From NCBI GenBank assembly GCA_951406725.2, contig OX597831.1, forward strand, positions 8,556,001 through 8,620,000: a stretch of DNA of 64,000 nucleotides. The letters run 5' to 3'. Below, one piece after another: positions 39,050 to 53,467 of this stretch. The stretch's first letter is position 1; the number at the start of each line of letters is the position of its first letter. Below the pieces are notes generated by a model that was not told the origin of the DNA, made no database searches, and saw only the letters and a program-made list of their open reading frames with translations. This DNA comes from Octopus vulgaris (lineage: Eukaryota). Made by a program: the position numbers and the translations under genes.

Positions 39050-39452
39050 TGATCTATAAAATAAGTAACAGATTGTAGAAAAAATACTGGGGTCGATTTG
39101 TTCGACTAAAACCCTTCAAGGAACTATCTCAGCATGGCCGCAGTCCAGTGACTGAAACAAATCAAAGATAAACAATAAAGGACAATAGAAATAACAAGAA
39201 TGGATTACCCCTACGCCACGCAGCTTCTTAACTACACACACAGACGAGGGGGTGGGGCTGAAAAGTCCCTGGTTTTAAGGGTATCGCGAAAGGCCTGGCT
39301 GAAGGCCCAACCTTCCGAGTTCTTTTACAGGGCTTAGAAAAACTGAAGGACCGCTGCAATAAGTTGAGAATATGTTGAATAGAGTCTTGATTAATCGATC
39401 CTCCTGTATTACCCAAAGCCTTCTCGTATATATATATATATATATATATTAT

Positions 39453-39610
39453 ATATTATATAAAATCCGTTCTGTCTGTCTGTATATGTGTCTTCTAGGA
39501 TCTCGGGCATCCTCCATCCGATTGCGCTCAAATTTGATATGTAGATTTCAGGTGAGAATGCGATCGATAAAGCCGTGGGAACGTGCATTTGTACGTGCAA
39601 GTACATCAGT
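39453..39610 (+). mobile_element. Helitron-like 5' segment (second copy 57851-58060)
   Basis: TCTATTATATAAAATCCGTTCTGTCTGTCTG start at 57851. The two copies are near-identical except for a ~48-bp deletion at a GAT microhomology. Confidence 0.6.
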
Positions 39611-39730
39611 CGAAATCCGTCTTTTGCTGGTGTCTCAAATTTATGTTAAATCAGTGTTTCTCAAAGGGGAGGCCTATGGGACGGTCGGACAAGTTGTTTT
39701 GAGAAAATTTGGTTTAAATGTTTGACAACT

Positions 39731-39813
<83 letters not shown>

Positions 39814-40161
39814 TATTTATTTATAAATTGAGGATATAATAATTAACATGTTTATATCAGTGGCTAGCATATAAAAAACGGCCATATCGATAAAATTAAT
39901 TTTTGAAGTATATAATTATAAAAATATAATTATAATTAAGGACACTGGAATATCCTCAATTCATAAGTATAAATAATTTTGAGTTCTCTAGTCATTATAT
40001 CATGCTGCGGGATTGTATTTACCCCATGTGATTTCTGACATTAACAACATGGCGCGATTAGGTGTAATGTATACGCGGGAAATACATATATATATATTGG
40101 TATCTGTACGCAAAAATTCATCGGTATGTATATGTATTTTTTGCTTCAATATTGTCGGTTT

Positions 40162-40223
40162 ATCTCTACTGAGGAGTGCAAAGTAATCTTCATTACAGAG
40201 CACGAAATCTTAAGATATAGGAT
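40162..40223 (+). ncRNA. Type-I hammerhead ribozyme (best-formed copy)
   Basis: ATCTCTA-CTGAGGA-GTGC-AAA-GTAAT-CTTC-ATTAC-AGA-GCAC-GAAA-TCTTAAGA-TA-TAGGAT. All core nucleotides, G10.1-C11.1 and three helices are present, with an AUA triplet. Confidence 0.85.
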
Positions 40224-40399
40224 TATCCGAAATTGGTAAATCTTCTTGCTCATTTCCTCGCATTCGGCCTTGGGTTATAAAATATATAAAAAAAATTTAG
40301 AGCGGATTGTGGGTGTTTGACATCTACATCTAGCGTATAGGCACTGACATTCCATAGCCCTTAATTATAATTACATTTTTATAATTATATACACATAAT

Positions 40400-40562
40400 G
40401 GCGCAGGAGTGGCTGTGTGGTAAGTAGCTTGTTTACCAACCACATGGTTCCGGGTTCAGTCCCACTGCGTGGCACCTTGGGCAAGTGTCTTCTGCTATAG
40501 TCCCGGGCCGACCAATGCCTTGTGAGTGGATTTGGTAGACGGAAACTGAAAGAAGCTCGTCG

Positions 40563-40637
<75 letters not shown>

Positions 40638-40851
40638 TTGTGTGTCTGTGTTTGTCCCCCTAGCATTGCTTGACAACCGATGCTGGTGTATTTACGTCTC
40701 CGTCACTTAGCGGTTCGGCAAAAGAGACCGATAGAATAAGTACTGGGCTTACAAAGAATAAGTCCCGGGGTCGATTTGCTCGACTAAAGGCGGTGCTCCA
40801 GCATGGCCGCAGTCAAATGACTGAAACAAGTAAAAGATAAAAGATAAAGAT
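40400..40851 (+). mobile_element. SINE family A (near-consensus)
   Basis: A-box TGGCTGTGTGG, B-box GGTTCAGTCCC, CORE-like ACCTTGGGCAAGT, internal (TA)n and LINE-like tail. Confidence 0.92.
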
Positions 40852-41258
40852 ACGATGGATTCCCGCACAGTTTTCGCCAATGAAATCCACTCGCATGACA
40901 TTGGTTGGCCAGGAGTTAAAGATGAGGACATTTATCGCGCTGCGGAACTGAATCCCAAATCACGAGCTTAATAACTTTTACTGTTTTCATGTCTGCATTA
41001 ACGTATTTCCGTCTTTTATATTACCCCAGTGCTTGCGTGACAGAGAATTTGTTTCTACCGAACATATTTTATTACAGCGTATACTCTACTTTTTTTTTTA
41101 TCTCCCAGAGTTTATATCGATGCATTATTATTTATATTCTACAAGGAAAAAAAGAGAATTGAGATCTTTCCCGATGACTACTTCTTGGAAAACTAAAGGT
41201 TTGACCTTCTGCAAATTTTCTTATGTTCTTCCGTAGTAGTCATCTATTTACACACACG

Positions 41259-41352
<94 letters not shown>

Positions 41353-41854
41353 CGCACAGAAACATGCACACACGGACACAGACGCACACACACACACAGT
41401 GGCACATACACTTATGTGTTGCATGTATGTTATTTCGAAATGTACGGATTGCATTGTCATGTATAACAAGTATATTCGTTATTTAAGCAATCCCGACATG
41501 TTGTCATTACCAAATACATTTGATCAATAATAAAACCACTGCTCATATATATTGCTGCTTTTGATTGCTAACACCACGTTTATAAAAACATGAAATAGCT
41601 ACACTATAAACAAAACTTGACTTAAACAGGATTCAAATAACCCTATCAGGTGGTGCTATTAAGTTAGACATGGCCTGGACCAATCTTTGGTCGAAACATA
41701 TCTAAGTCTAAGTCTAAGTTTAATACAAAAGCGCATACATACAGCCACACATGCATTTATATACACATACATTACAGCTAACATAGAAATGTATTTATGT
41801 ATTTGAGCCGGAGACAAAGCGACAATCCGCAGTAGAAACACCCTTCTTCATCTG

Positions 41855-42385
41855 CTCGTTTCATCGGTAGGGAAGGTGATGGCCTTAGTTTTTTGGAATG
41901 CTAAAAGCATTGTGTTTACTGACTGTCTTCAAAAGGGCTACACCCTCAATGGAGAGTACTATGCCAACTTGCTGAAGCAGTTATGAAAGGCAATCAAGAC
42001 TAAACGCTCAGGGAAACTGACGAAAGGGGTCTTGTTTCATTAGGACAATGTTCCAGCACACAAGGCCTTGGTTTCAGTGACTGCTCTGCATGACTGGCTT
42101 TCAACTGGTCCTTCACTCTCCCTATTCTCCTGATTTGGCCCCTTTCTCACTATCATTTGCTTCCTAACATGAACACGTATCGCAGAGATGAGAGGACGTC
42201 GTCTCTACTGTTGATGAGTGTTTTGACCAACACCGATGAAATGAAATGTGTGGACCGCAAGGGGTGGGGCTATTATGTTATGGACCACAAGGGGTGGGGC
42301 TGTTATGTTGAAAAATAAACTGCATTTAATTAACATTCCTTGAGAGTATCTTAGTCAGCCTATGGACTTTTCAGCTGACCTTCGT
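41855..42385 (+). pseudogene. mariner transposase 3' relic
   Basis: GKVMALVFWNAKSIVFTD...NGEYYANLL...GVLFH*DNVPAH...PYSPDLAP, ending in TIR-like ACTTTTCAGCTGACCTTCGT. Confidence 0.85.
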
Positions 42386-42559
42386 GTGTGTGTATATATG
42401 TACATATATATATTATACATATATACATAGGGTATTTATATATATATATACACACACACACAAAAGTATATGGGGTATTGGGGTATTCATTATATATATA
42501 TACATACATACAAATGTGTGTTTACATACGTGTGTCTATACATGCATGCATACTTACAT

Positions 42560-42613
<54 letters not shown>

Positions 42614-44499
42614 GATTTAGCAGGGTAAAAGTTTTGCCGGAAAGATCTTCAGACTATTTCTTTTTATTCAGATTATATTTGTACTGAATTTTAATTTTTG
42701 GTACAAATTTGACTGGAAAATGGAAATATATGAAATGTTGGAATTTAGCTTCCTGAAAAGAAACTCCGAGTGGCTGTTTGCCTCCGTTTGTGTTTTATAT
42801 AATTTCTAACCAAATGTCCATCAACTACTTCTTGTGCATTCGGATGTTAGTGTGTACCCTTCAGATTTGTTTTGAATCCACATGGAATTATAAAAAACAC
42901 ATGTTGTTCCGGGTGATAACTGTGTTTTCAATTGTCAGGCAAAATCACAGAAGGATATACGCTTTCAAACAGACAAAAACTTCAATCCACATGTAGTTCC
43001 TTTAAGGAATTATTCGGAATAAGATGCGTAGAATTCACACATCTAATTTATTTTGTTAATTAAGTTATGGAAATTTCTAGGCATTTCATTCTTTTTAGAA
43101 ATCATCAGAATGACATGACCTTTGACCTATTAAATAAACGTTTTATAAAATGAGGAATTTTACTAAAGTTGGAAATAATTAGTTTGGAAGAAATTCACTG
43201 ATTGTGTTTCCTTTTCTTAGAACGTTAGTAGATTAGGATTTGAGAGAATAGAGAGAAAATGTTTATTGTTTATATATAGAATAATGACTATATGCAGGGA
43301 GTTGTACCCTCTATAAATGTCTTACAACAACCAAAACTTCTAGTTTTCGTCACAAACAACTTCACTGACAGTTTTCAATGTACTCTTCTGGATGTAGGCA
43401 TTCGTTTCGAGCTGATATTTATTTAGTGATGTGCCGTCATTTGATCATTGGAACCGATATCATCTATTCATAAACATATAAGTCTTAACCATCGTCAATA
43501 GTTTAAAATGGATTTTCACGAATTCATAGCTAAACATTTTCAAACACACGTGGTTCTTCTTACAGATACAGCTATTAAAAGTGAGAAAATGATTTCGTCA
43601 TTGAATAAGGCAGGTTTATAAATTTGAAATTGAAATTAAAAATTTGTCAGGGAAAAGACATATAGAATTCACAGAAATATATTTTCGTTTTAATTAATTC
43701 AAAGTTATTAATATTTCAAGTCATAGGTAATCATGTATTTAATCACTCCTTCATAAATAAGTTTTGTCCTAAAATTCTCCTTCTGATAGATTTTCATATA
43801 ATGCTTTATTTCACAAGTATTTGGATGCATAATGAACGCGGTTTTACTTCAGTTTTCAAAACTAAATATTATAGACATTTAATTCGCCGAATTCTGTCTT
43901 ATGCCGTCATGTTGTACTTCGTAGACTTTTGATAATTTATCGTACGCATTAACCATTTCTTTGGTCATACAACTGCTTCAATTTTTGCATTACAATACAT
44001 TTGATTCTACCAAACATATACACTTCAGCACATTTGATTTAAGCTCTATAAAGTTCAAAAATGAACTTTACCAACATTTTATTCACTGAATTCTGTCACC
44101 TTCAGTCATGTTTAGCTTGTAAACTATTGTTATTCTGTCTTTTTTTTTTTTGATCCGTTAACATTTTTCACCGTTGCCTCAATTTTTGTACGACAAAGAA
44201 TTTGTTTCTCTCTCGTTGTCTCAACTTTTGCATTTCAAAGAACTTGGTTCTGTCAGTCGTAATTTATTACAGCGTGCGCTATGCTTCTTTTTATCTACCA
44301 GAGTTTGATGCCGATGCATTTTATTATTCAGAAAGAACAAAATATTTTCTTGTAGTTTCTTCATGGAAAATATCAAGTTTGAATTTCCAACGGAAAACGT
44401 TTGCAATTAACATGTTCTTATTAATTTATCTTATTTGCACACACACACACTCACACACACACACGCGCGCGCGCGCAGACACATACACAATTTTCTCAT

Positions 44500-44978
<479 letters not shown>

Positions 44979-45004
44979 ATGTACACACACACATAATAAT
45001 TGTA

Positions 45005-45627
45005 GTCCCCAGACTGCAATTATTATGTGTGGGGCGTAGTTGAGCGAGAGACCAACAAAACTCCTAACACCTCCATTCATCTTCCCACTACGGCCTCTGA
45101 CTCAACACGGAAGCCTACATAAAGTGCCTGGAGGAGGTAGTGCTGCCTTGGGTCAAGAGCGTGGCCGCTGGAAGACCCTGTGTCTAGCAACAGGACTCTA
45201 CCATGCCACACTAACAGGAGAACCTAGTCATGGCTGTTAGACAATTTCTGCGACCACATCACCCCTAACATTTGGCCTCATAACTCGCACGACTGCAACC
45301 CCCTTGATTATTATGTGGGGCGCAGTTGAGCGAGAGACCAACAAAACTCCTTGTAACACCAAAGATGAACTGAAAACAAGGGTTAAGGCAACATTCACCA
45401 ACTTAAAGAAGGAGGCCGTCCAGAAGAGTTGCAGGAGATTCCGAAGTCGCTTGGAGGTTGAAGTCGTTTGGAGGTTGAAGCCAATAGCGATTTTATTGAA
45501 TAAATTTACTCTTTAGTATTTCAAGATATTTTTTATGCAATTTTAGTAAATACATCTATTAAAACGAGATGTGGGTGTTATTTCTATTTTTGCGTAATTT
45601 AGACGACAGTTTATTCATCGCACCTTG

Positions 45628-45630
<3 letters not shown>
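45005..45630 (+). pseudogene. Tc1/mariner-superfamily (maT/DD37D-like) 3' relic; second copy 56458-56690 (-)
   Basis: WPHNSHDCNPLDYYVWGAVERETNKTP...DELK...SCRRFRSRLE. The terminal ~200 bp are shared with 56458-56690. Confidence 0.8.
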
Positions 45631-45690
<60 letters not shown>

Positions 45691-45941
45691 GCGCGCACAC
45701 ACACGCGCGCGCACACACACACGCACGCACACGTACGATCAGAGGTTGTCTTAACTTCGTGAAGGGATAGTTTCATCCAAGGAAATACTGGTTCAATACC
45801 TAGTATTTTCGGGGAATTATTTCCTTAAAATAATAGGTATATATATAAAAACATTGCTTATATTTACATAAAAGAAGAAAAAGAAAATGGAGATTGGGAA
45901 GTGAATAATTGTTTATTCTTAACAGCAAATTAATCATCATC

Positions 45942-46023
45942 CCTTACAGCTGTTTCAATTAATTCTCAGTAAATATTAATTAAATATTAAATCTATATGA
46001 CCTGAGAATAATATTTTCAGAGG
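45942..46023 (-). ncRNA. Degenerate hammerhead with 57-nt helix II
   Basis: CCT-CTGAAAA-..ATTCTCAG...CTGAGAAT..-GAAA-CAGCTG-TA-AGG. Core has G8>A. Confidence 0.55.
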
Positions 46024-46344
46024 TGGGGGAGGGGATACCCTTATGTGTTTATGGATTCATTATAGCAGACTGAATGATATTGTTTATGATTTGTATTGTT
46101 ATATGTTTGGGCGAGGGGTTTGCAGGTTGATTGGAGATAAGCTAGAGTAGGTGAATAGACTTAGAACAGTAAATGAATAAATTAAATAGGGATGATAGAG
46201 GAAATTTAAATATAAATAAGGTAAGTTTATTGTTAATAAAGAATGGAATAGTCGTTTATAAGGTATAAATAAAGTTAAGAAAATATGTATATATGCAAGT
46301 ACGAACGCATGCATATACACACATACAAATATGTATCCGTACGT

Positions 46345-46387
<43 letters not shown>

Positions 46388-46586
46388 GACACACGCATAT
46401 ATATACATCCACATGTACACACGTATGCACGTATATACGTATATACGCATATATACACATACATGTACATGCGCGAATAAATTAATGCGTATGCACATTC
46501 ACACGTACATGTATATATATACGCGTTTACACTTTTTACCTATCACCCTTAAAAAGTTTATATATATATGATATGGGTATCTTATT

Positions 46587-46878
46587 AGCAATTTGTAGAC
46601 GTCACTAAAGTGACAGAGGGTATAAAGTGGTACCAGCATATCCGGCTATATCTGCGACCCTTATTTCTTGCAATGCCGGCACCACTTTGTACCGTCACTT
46701 TAGTGACGTCTATAAATTTGCCTTTAGGTTGTTAAACTGCTGGCTCTATCTGCGACCGTAGGAAGCCTTGTCTCCCTTGTCAGCTTATTAAGGTAGTGTC
46801 CTTGTGGCTAATGAGTCGGTTTGACTCCTATTTCTATCAATGCTGGTGCCACTTTGTACCCTCTGCCACTTTAGTAAC

Positions 46879-46884
<6 letters not shown>
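46587..46884. repeat. Inverted + direct triplication of a ~50-bp unit
   Basis: TAGACGTCACTAAAGTGAC..GGTATAAAGTGGTACCAGCAT (46595-46639) is reverse-complemented at ~46673-46712 and again at ~46840-46883. Confidence 0.85.
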
Positions 46885-46939
<55 letters not shown>

Positions 46940-47891
46940 TATACACACATACATATATATAAACACATACATGCATGTATACATTCATGCATAAATTTAT
47001 GATTATATGTGTGTTGTGTGTGTATACGAGAGAAAGAGAATGAAAAATAAAAAGAGAAAGAGAGAGAGAGAGAAAAAGAGAGAGAGAGAGAAAGAGAGAG
47101 AGAGAGTGAACACTTTCGCCATACAATTAGGTAAGAGAAAATAACAAAGCCAATACAACTATTTATATTGATTTAACAACAGTAAAAAAGAGCAAAACCA
47201 CAAAAACAAAACAATAAAAATGAAATCCTCATCGACAACAAAACGGGATAAACCCGCCATTAAAATCTTTCCTGTAAAACATTAATCTGACCATGATATC
47301 CCAACCATTCCAACATTGCATTTGCTATTTTCATCGATATCATTCACAAAATATGCGGCAAAAATTTACCGAGCTTACAGAATCGAATTTCCTCTAAAAT
47401 ATTTGTTGAAAAAATAAAAAAGAGAAATAAATAAATACCTATAAAAAGCCAAGTTATGTAGTCGAGAGCAGCAAACCTTGAGTCTTGTTAATACATTTCA
47501 TTGGAAATGGACGTACACACACACATGCATATCGTCTGCAACGTTTAGCGTGAAATCTAAATTCGTGACATTAGCGAAGTTATCTTTAAAATGCATTCTG
47601 AAAATTTCCGTTGTTAATTTTTTTTCTATATTTTAAAATCTTGTTATTCATAAACAGACCGTATAAAACCTTATATCTATCCGTTGAAACTATTTCCCAT
47701 GCCTTCTCTTTACTCTATCTGCCTGTCTGTCTCTTTCGCTCTCTATCTATCTGTCGCACGCACACATACTTGCACATGCACGTATTGAAACATACTTATT
47801 GACATATACGCTCAGATATTTATGAATATGTGTGTGTGTATACGTGTATATGTATTATTATGTTTGTGTGATTGTATATACATGTGAGTAC

Positions 47892-47922
<31 letters not shown>

Positions 47923-47984
47923 TGTATGTATGTATGTATGTATGTATGTATGTATGTATGTATGTATGTATGTATGTATGTTAT

Positions 47985-48547
47985 GTCAGGTCACTTTCGA
48001 GTGCTACTGGTAACATGTAACCCAGTACAGCCTGTTGCATGGTCGGGTCGTCCGCGACTAAACCAGCAACCCCACCAAGCTTGCTTGGTGAGGAGGGTGT
48101 TTATTGGATACCCTGCGGGATGAAAAACAAAACCCGTCAAAGGGTGGAGGAACTCTTGAGAGTCAACGGCCATCCAATAAATGTCTTAAGGCTGTATCAT
48201 GCGCGGAGACATAGAAATAATCGGACTGAATACTCGCGCGGTTAAATAATCGCGCGGTTAAACCATTGGGAGTGAAGGACTCCTAGCTTTTGTTAGGGCA
48301 TCCTTCTAGATGGTAACTCAAGTAACTGGGATAACTCCGACATAAAACCTGCGGCTCAGTGGTTACCGATGATGTTGACTTGTTCTTCTTTTCGGATTAT
48401 GGCTGCTGTTGCTTAGTGAGTGGGATTGACTCATTGCACAGCCTTTCCTCACTTAAAAAAAATCTTCTTGCACAGGCATTGCACGATAACAACATTGATT
48501 AAGCTTCGCGCAATGGCCATACTCGATAACGAGGGGGCAGCCACCAT
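47985..48547 (+). mobile_element. GC-richer non-coding insert between (TATG)n tracts, probably an RTE-UTR-derived retroposon
   Basis: Sharp composition change with (TATG)n on both sides. TAGGGCATCCTTCTAGATGGTAACTC...AAAACCT resembles RTE 5'-UTR motifs (from memory). Confidence 0.4.
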
Positions 48548-48588
48548 GTATGTATGTATGTATGTATGTATAAGTATATAACTATATA

Positions 48589-49861
48589 TTGGATCATCAC
48601 ATAAATAAAGCGGTTTTTTCAATTGCATGAACTAAAAGTCAGAGTGGGACAGGATAAACTACCTGCATCAACTTGCTATAAAAGCAGGTAGTAATTTTAC
48701 TTTGTTCTTATTCTTAGTGCGAGTTTTGAAGAGTGCAGTTCGATTTTAACAGTTATTTTTTCAAAGCTATAATGGAAGTGACAGAGGAGCATATATCGGC
48801 ATATTTTGCTTTATGAGTTCAATAAAGGAAACAACACAACGGTATGTGCGAGGAACATTAATACATAGGGATCGGACAATAAGCCTAGGAAAGTATCAGC
48901 AGTGGTTTCAGAAATTCCGAGCCAGAAACTAGTGTCTAGAAGACGAGCCTCGCCCTGGAAGATGTGTAGAGCTCGACGAGGACGTCCTGCAGACTCTGGT
49001 GAAACAAAATCCCATCGTAACTGCAGAGGAGAGAAGCTTGGATTTGGTCATTCAACCATTCATCGACACCTGCATGCCATTTGAAAAGTCAGCAAATTGG
49101 GTCAATGAGTTCCGTACAAAATTTCCGAGTCTAATCGCGCGCCGAGAGTGAATGTGTGCTCTTCTTTGCTGTCACGTCTCACGAATGAACCTTTTTTGGA
49201 CCGAATAGTGACTGGTGACGAGAAATGGGTTCCCTATTAAAATATCAAAACGCCGAAGACAGTGGGTAGGGGAAGGAGAAACCCCGGCACCCCAGGCTAA
49301 AGAAGGTCTTCACCCACGTAAGGTGTTATCTGTTTGGTGGGATGTGAAAAGTTTAGTCCACTTTGAACTTTAAAACCTAAACCAAATGATAACAAAGGAG
49401 ATCTACTGTGAGCAGCTTGAGTGGCTTAAGTTAGCGCTAGAAGAAAAACGACCATATTCGCTTTCAAGACGAAAGGTGTTCTTCCATCAGGATAATGCTC
49501 GGCCACCTACAGCGAGGATGACATTCGAAAGGCTGGAGCAGTTTGAATAGGAAACAATGCCCTACTCACCATATTCGCCGGACATTGCCCCATCTGATTA
49601 TCATTTATTCTGCAGTCTTCAAAATCATTTAGACGGAAAAGCATGAATTCTGTAGAGGAGGCCAGAACAGTACTGGAGGAGTATTTTTCGTCACGGAGAA
49701 GTGAATTTTGGAAGAGGGGCCTTGCAAGTCTTGCAGATAGATGGAAGAGCATTGTAGAAAATGAAGGGGAGTATAGTTCAGATTAAAAAAGAACTTTGCT
49801 TATCTTAATTTTGAAAAAAAATAAGAAGTATAAAAACACCGCATTATTTATGGGATGACCC

Positions 49862-49864
<3 letters not shown>
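48589..49864 (+). mobile_element. Full-length degenerate mariner (~1.28 kb)
   Basis: TIRs TTGGATCATCACATAAATAAAGCGG / CCGCATTATTTATGGGATGACCCTA with TA flanks. Broken transposase 48772-49786 with IVTGDEKW, HQDNARP and PYSPDIAPSDYHLF. Confidence 0.93.
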
Positions 49865-49943
<79 letters not shown>

Positions 49944-50987
49944 ATAAGAGTAGATCGTATACGAGTGGGTATATATTTGTAAAAAAGAAGTTTGAAAACG
50001 CTACTATATTAGATAAATTTTAATTTTACATGTTTCGGTTCTTGAAATAACGAAACTTATCAAAAAACTTTATAATAAACAGTATAATGGAACAGTTCAT
50101 AATTGTTACATACATTCAATAGAATCCATGTTCTTGAAAAGGCGAACCTTATCAAATATATTATAAAGAGTATAATAGAAAAAATCCATAGTCGTTCCTT
50201 ACTGTTTTGTCGAGTGTAGTGGAGAAGTTCATTATAGATTTTACCTTGTGTTCCAATGGAAGCAACAGTAGTGATTCTTGGTCGTCGTCTGTTGGTCGAG
50301 GCTATAGTAGAAGAAATTTGTCCAATGTGCTGTTCAGTGGGACTGAACCCAAAACTACACAGTGACAAAACGAACTTCTTAACCACGCAGTAATGCTTGC
50401 ACTTAGATGAAAATAAATAAAATAAAATAAAATAAAAGATATTACTAAAATCTTGAGTGGAATTGCTTCATGGACAAAAATCGTAACTAGGCTTTGCAAT
50501 TTTCACATATTTTACAATTTTCTATATAATTATTAAAATAAAATTTTAGAAAAATGAAAACAAGGCAAGTTTCAGATCATGGACTTTCTTTTAATTTTGT
50601 CGTTAAATAAATTTTTGGGAATTAACAAGAACAAAGTGGATATTTTCTTAATTTAATTGAAAATGTTAAAATAGTGGGGGAGAGGATGGGAACCTATGAT
50701 CCAAAATCATACAATAATTAACAACTAATATATATATATATGATGTATATGTATATATGGAAGCGTAAGTCTATTTATGTGACAAAAATCAAACGAGGCT
50801 GAGTAATCCCAAAACATCACACATTACTCTATTTTCAATTATTCCTCTGTGTTAATAATGGTAACAAGATTTTAGACTTGCAAACTAAACTTTAAGATTA
50901 GCCTTAATTATTCAACTTTAATTAACGATATCAGAAGTAGTAGTTATACAACATCGTGCTTTTCAAAGTACTGGAAATACAATTTGG

Positions 50988-51520
<533 letters not shown>

Positions 51521-52263
51521 TATATTAATATATATACATACACGCATATGTGCAAGATGGTTGCAACTTGATTTTGTGCAATGCTACAGCATGGCCATTC
51601 CCTTAAACGTCACAGGATTAACTTGCTAGTTATTGATAGAGCTTATTTACGGTTGAGTGAATTGAAGCAACAGGAAATGTAGTGTTTTGTTGAAGAACAT
51701 AATGCACGGTCCTGGAATCGAAATCACCATCGTACGAACGTGTGTGCAACAGTCTAACCACTAGGCCACGATTCCTTGCTATAGCTGGTGGTGGTGGTGG
51801 TGGTGGTGGGAGATATCTCCTGTGTTCTTGCGACAATATCATTCTAACATTCTATATTTCACACACTCTGGTGGCGAACTTGCGGAATTGTCTTTACGTT
51901 CTGAGTTCAAATTCTGCCAAGGTCGACTTTGCTTTTCATCCTTTCGGGGTCGATAAAATAAGTACCATTTGAGTACTGGGGTCGATGTAATCAACTTACC
52001 TCATCTCCCTAAGTTGTTGGCTTTGTGCAAAAATTTGAAGCCATATTGCACACACTGATGTGGCCAGATGGCAGAGTTGTTGGCATGTCGGATAAAATGC
52101 TTAGCGGCATTTCTTCCGGCGCTTTACGTTCTAACTTTTTCATTCGTCCTTTTGAAAATGATAAAGTACCAGTCAAGTACTGAGATCAATATGATCGATT
52201 TACTCGCTCACTATAAAATTGCTGGCCTTATGTCAACATTTAAAACTATATTTTATACACTAA

Positions 52264-52622
52264 CTAGCACTATGACCCGGCAACGCCTGGTCATAGTGCT
52301 AGTGCATGCATATACAGCTGCGTGCATGCACACATAAACGTGAGTACTGTACAAATCATACAGCTAGCTGGCATTCAATTGGCGTATCAAGTTTCGGGCA
52401 TTTTGATTAGGTTTTGGATAGAAAATTCGCGAAAAAGTCATTTCGATTGACTTTTAATAGCTTTGCGGGGTGACTGGGGAAATGTAAAGATGTGCACGAC
52501 CACCCTTGGACGGTTTTGAATGACCATAGAAAGTGCGAGCCCTCTAGCTGAAAAATTGTGGATTTGTATAAAGGACACGCACACACACACAGACAGACAG
52601 ACATTTTGCCGTTTATATGAGA
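52264..52622 (-). mobile_element. Non-autonomous Helitron
   Basis: Minus strand TCTCATATAAACGGC...CTAG|T. The 3' end forms the 15-bp perfect stem ACTAGCACTATGACC/GGTCATAGTGCTAGT. Confidence 0.75.
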
Positions 52623-53467
52623 CTAGCAGAATTGCCCGGCGTTGCTCGGGGCTGAATTACTTGAAAGTACTGTTAATGATTGCACTGAATGATGATGATT
52701 ATTCAGGCAAATATTGATATAAGTTTACGCTGGGAGATAAGGACTTAACGATCAAACGTGTGCCATTGCATTGTTTTGGGGGAACCAAATTTCTGATGAG
52801 CATTATAGGGGCACCAACTTTAAGTTTGAGAATGTGTGGTGGTAGTCCGGGGTGCTCAAAGGAATTGAGTACCTCTATTGGATAGTTGATGACGTCCTCT
52901 GGGTCAGGAGTTGTATCGATAGACTGATATACATAGACTTCCCCAGGAATGAGTTTTAGCATTTCATCATTAATATGGTGAACAGTTTTATTCCTTGGGG
53001 CCAGTATAGCCTTTTTGCCAATCCAATCCATATTCTGATAATTAGCTTGTAGATCTTGGAACACTGTATCTCTGAGATCAGAAGGCGTCTTAACAATGGT
53101 ACAAATGGAATCGATGGCAATATTACCATTTTCATCCCCTGGTATTTTGCCTTCGCCAAGTGCAATGAGGGTGTGAGGAAATGCTGCTGATGTGATATTA
53201 CGTCGCATATGAGCACGCATATTGGTGTGAAGTTTGAGAGTTACTTCCCTTAATTTAATAAAATGCATTAAAATGGGAAAAAATGATGGTAAATTATTTG
53301 TAAAATCGTAGACTCATCGTAGACGCGCGCTAATACCCAGAAGGGCTCGATATGAATCACGACTATAAGATACTCGGTTTTGGTTAAACTGCATCGCAAA
53401 ATGTGGGAGTAGTTAGGAATCTAAATCGGAGTAGACAGACACACAACCTTTCTTTTATATATAAAGA
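52623..53467 (-). mobile_element. Internally deleted Helitron carrying a helicase fragment
   Basis: The 5' ~200 bp match 38652-38850. 3' end CCCGAGCAACGCCGGG...CTAG. Confidence 0.92.
52699..53268 (-). pseudogene. Helitron Pif1-like helicase fragment (189 aa, uninterrupted)
   Basis: LHTNMRA, ILAPRN, YQSIDT, LPPHILKLKVGAPIMLIRNL and CNGTRL motifs. Confidence 0.92.

Noticed and set aside
50023-50066. TTGATAA-GTTTC...GAACC-GAAA-CATG-TA as an active ribozyme
   Set aside because: Two core changes and an A/T-only helix I. Counted only as a possible relic and not listed as a feature.
52699-53268. Host PIF1 helicase exon
   Set aside because: It is enclosed by Helitron 5' TC and 3' hairpin-CTAG termini.
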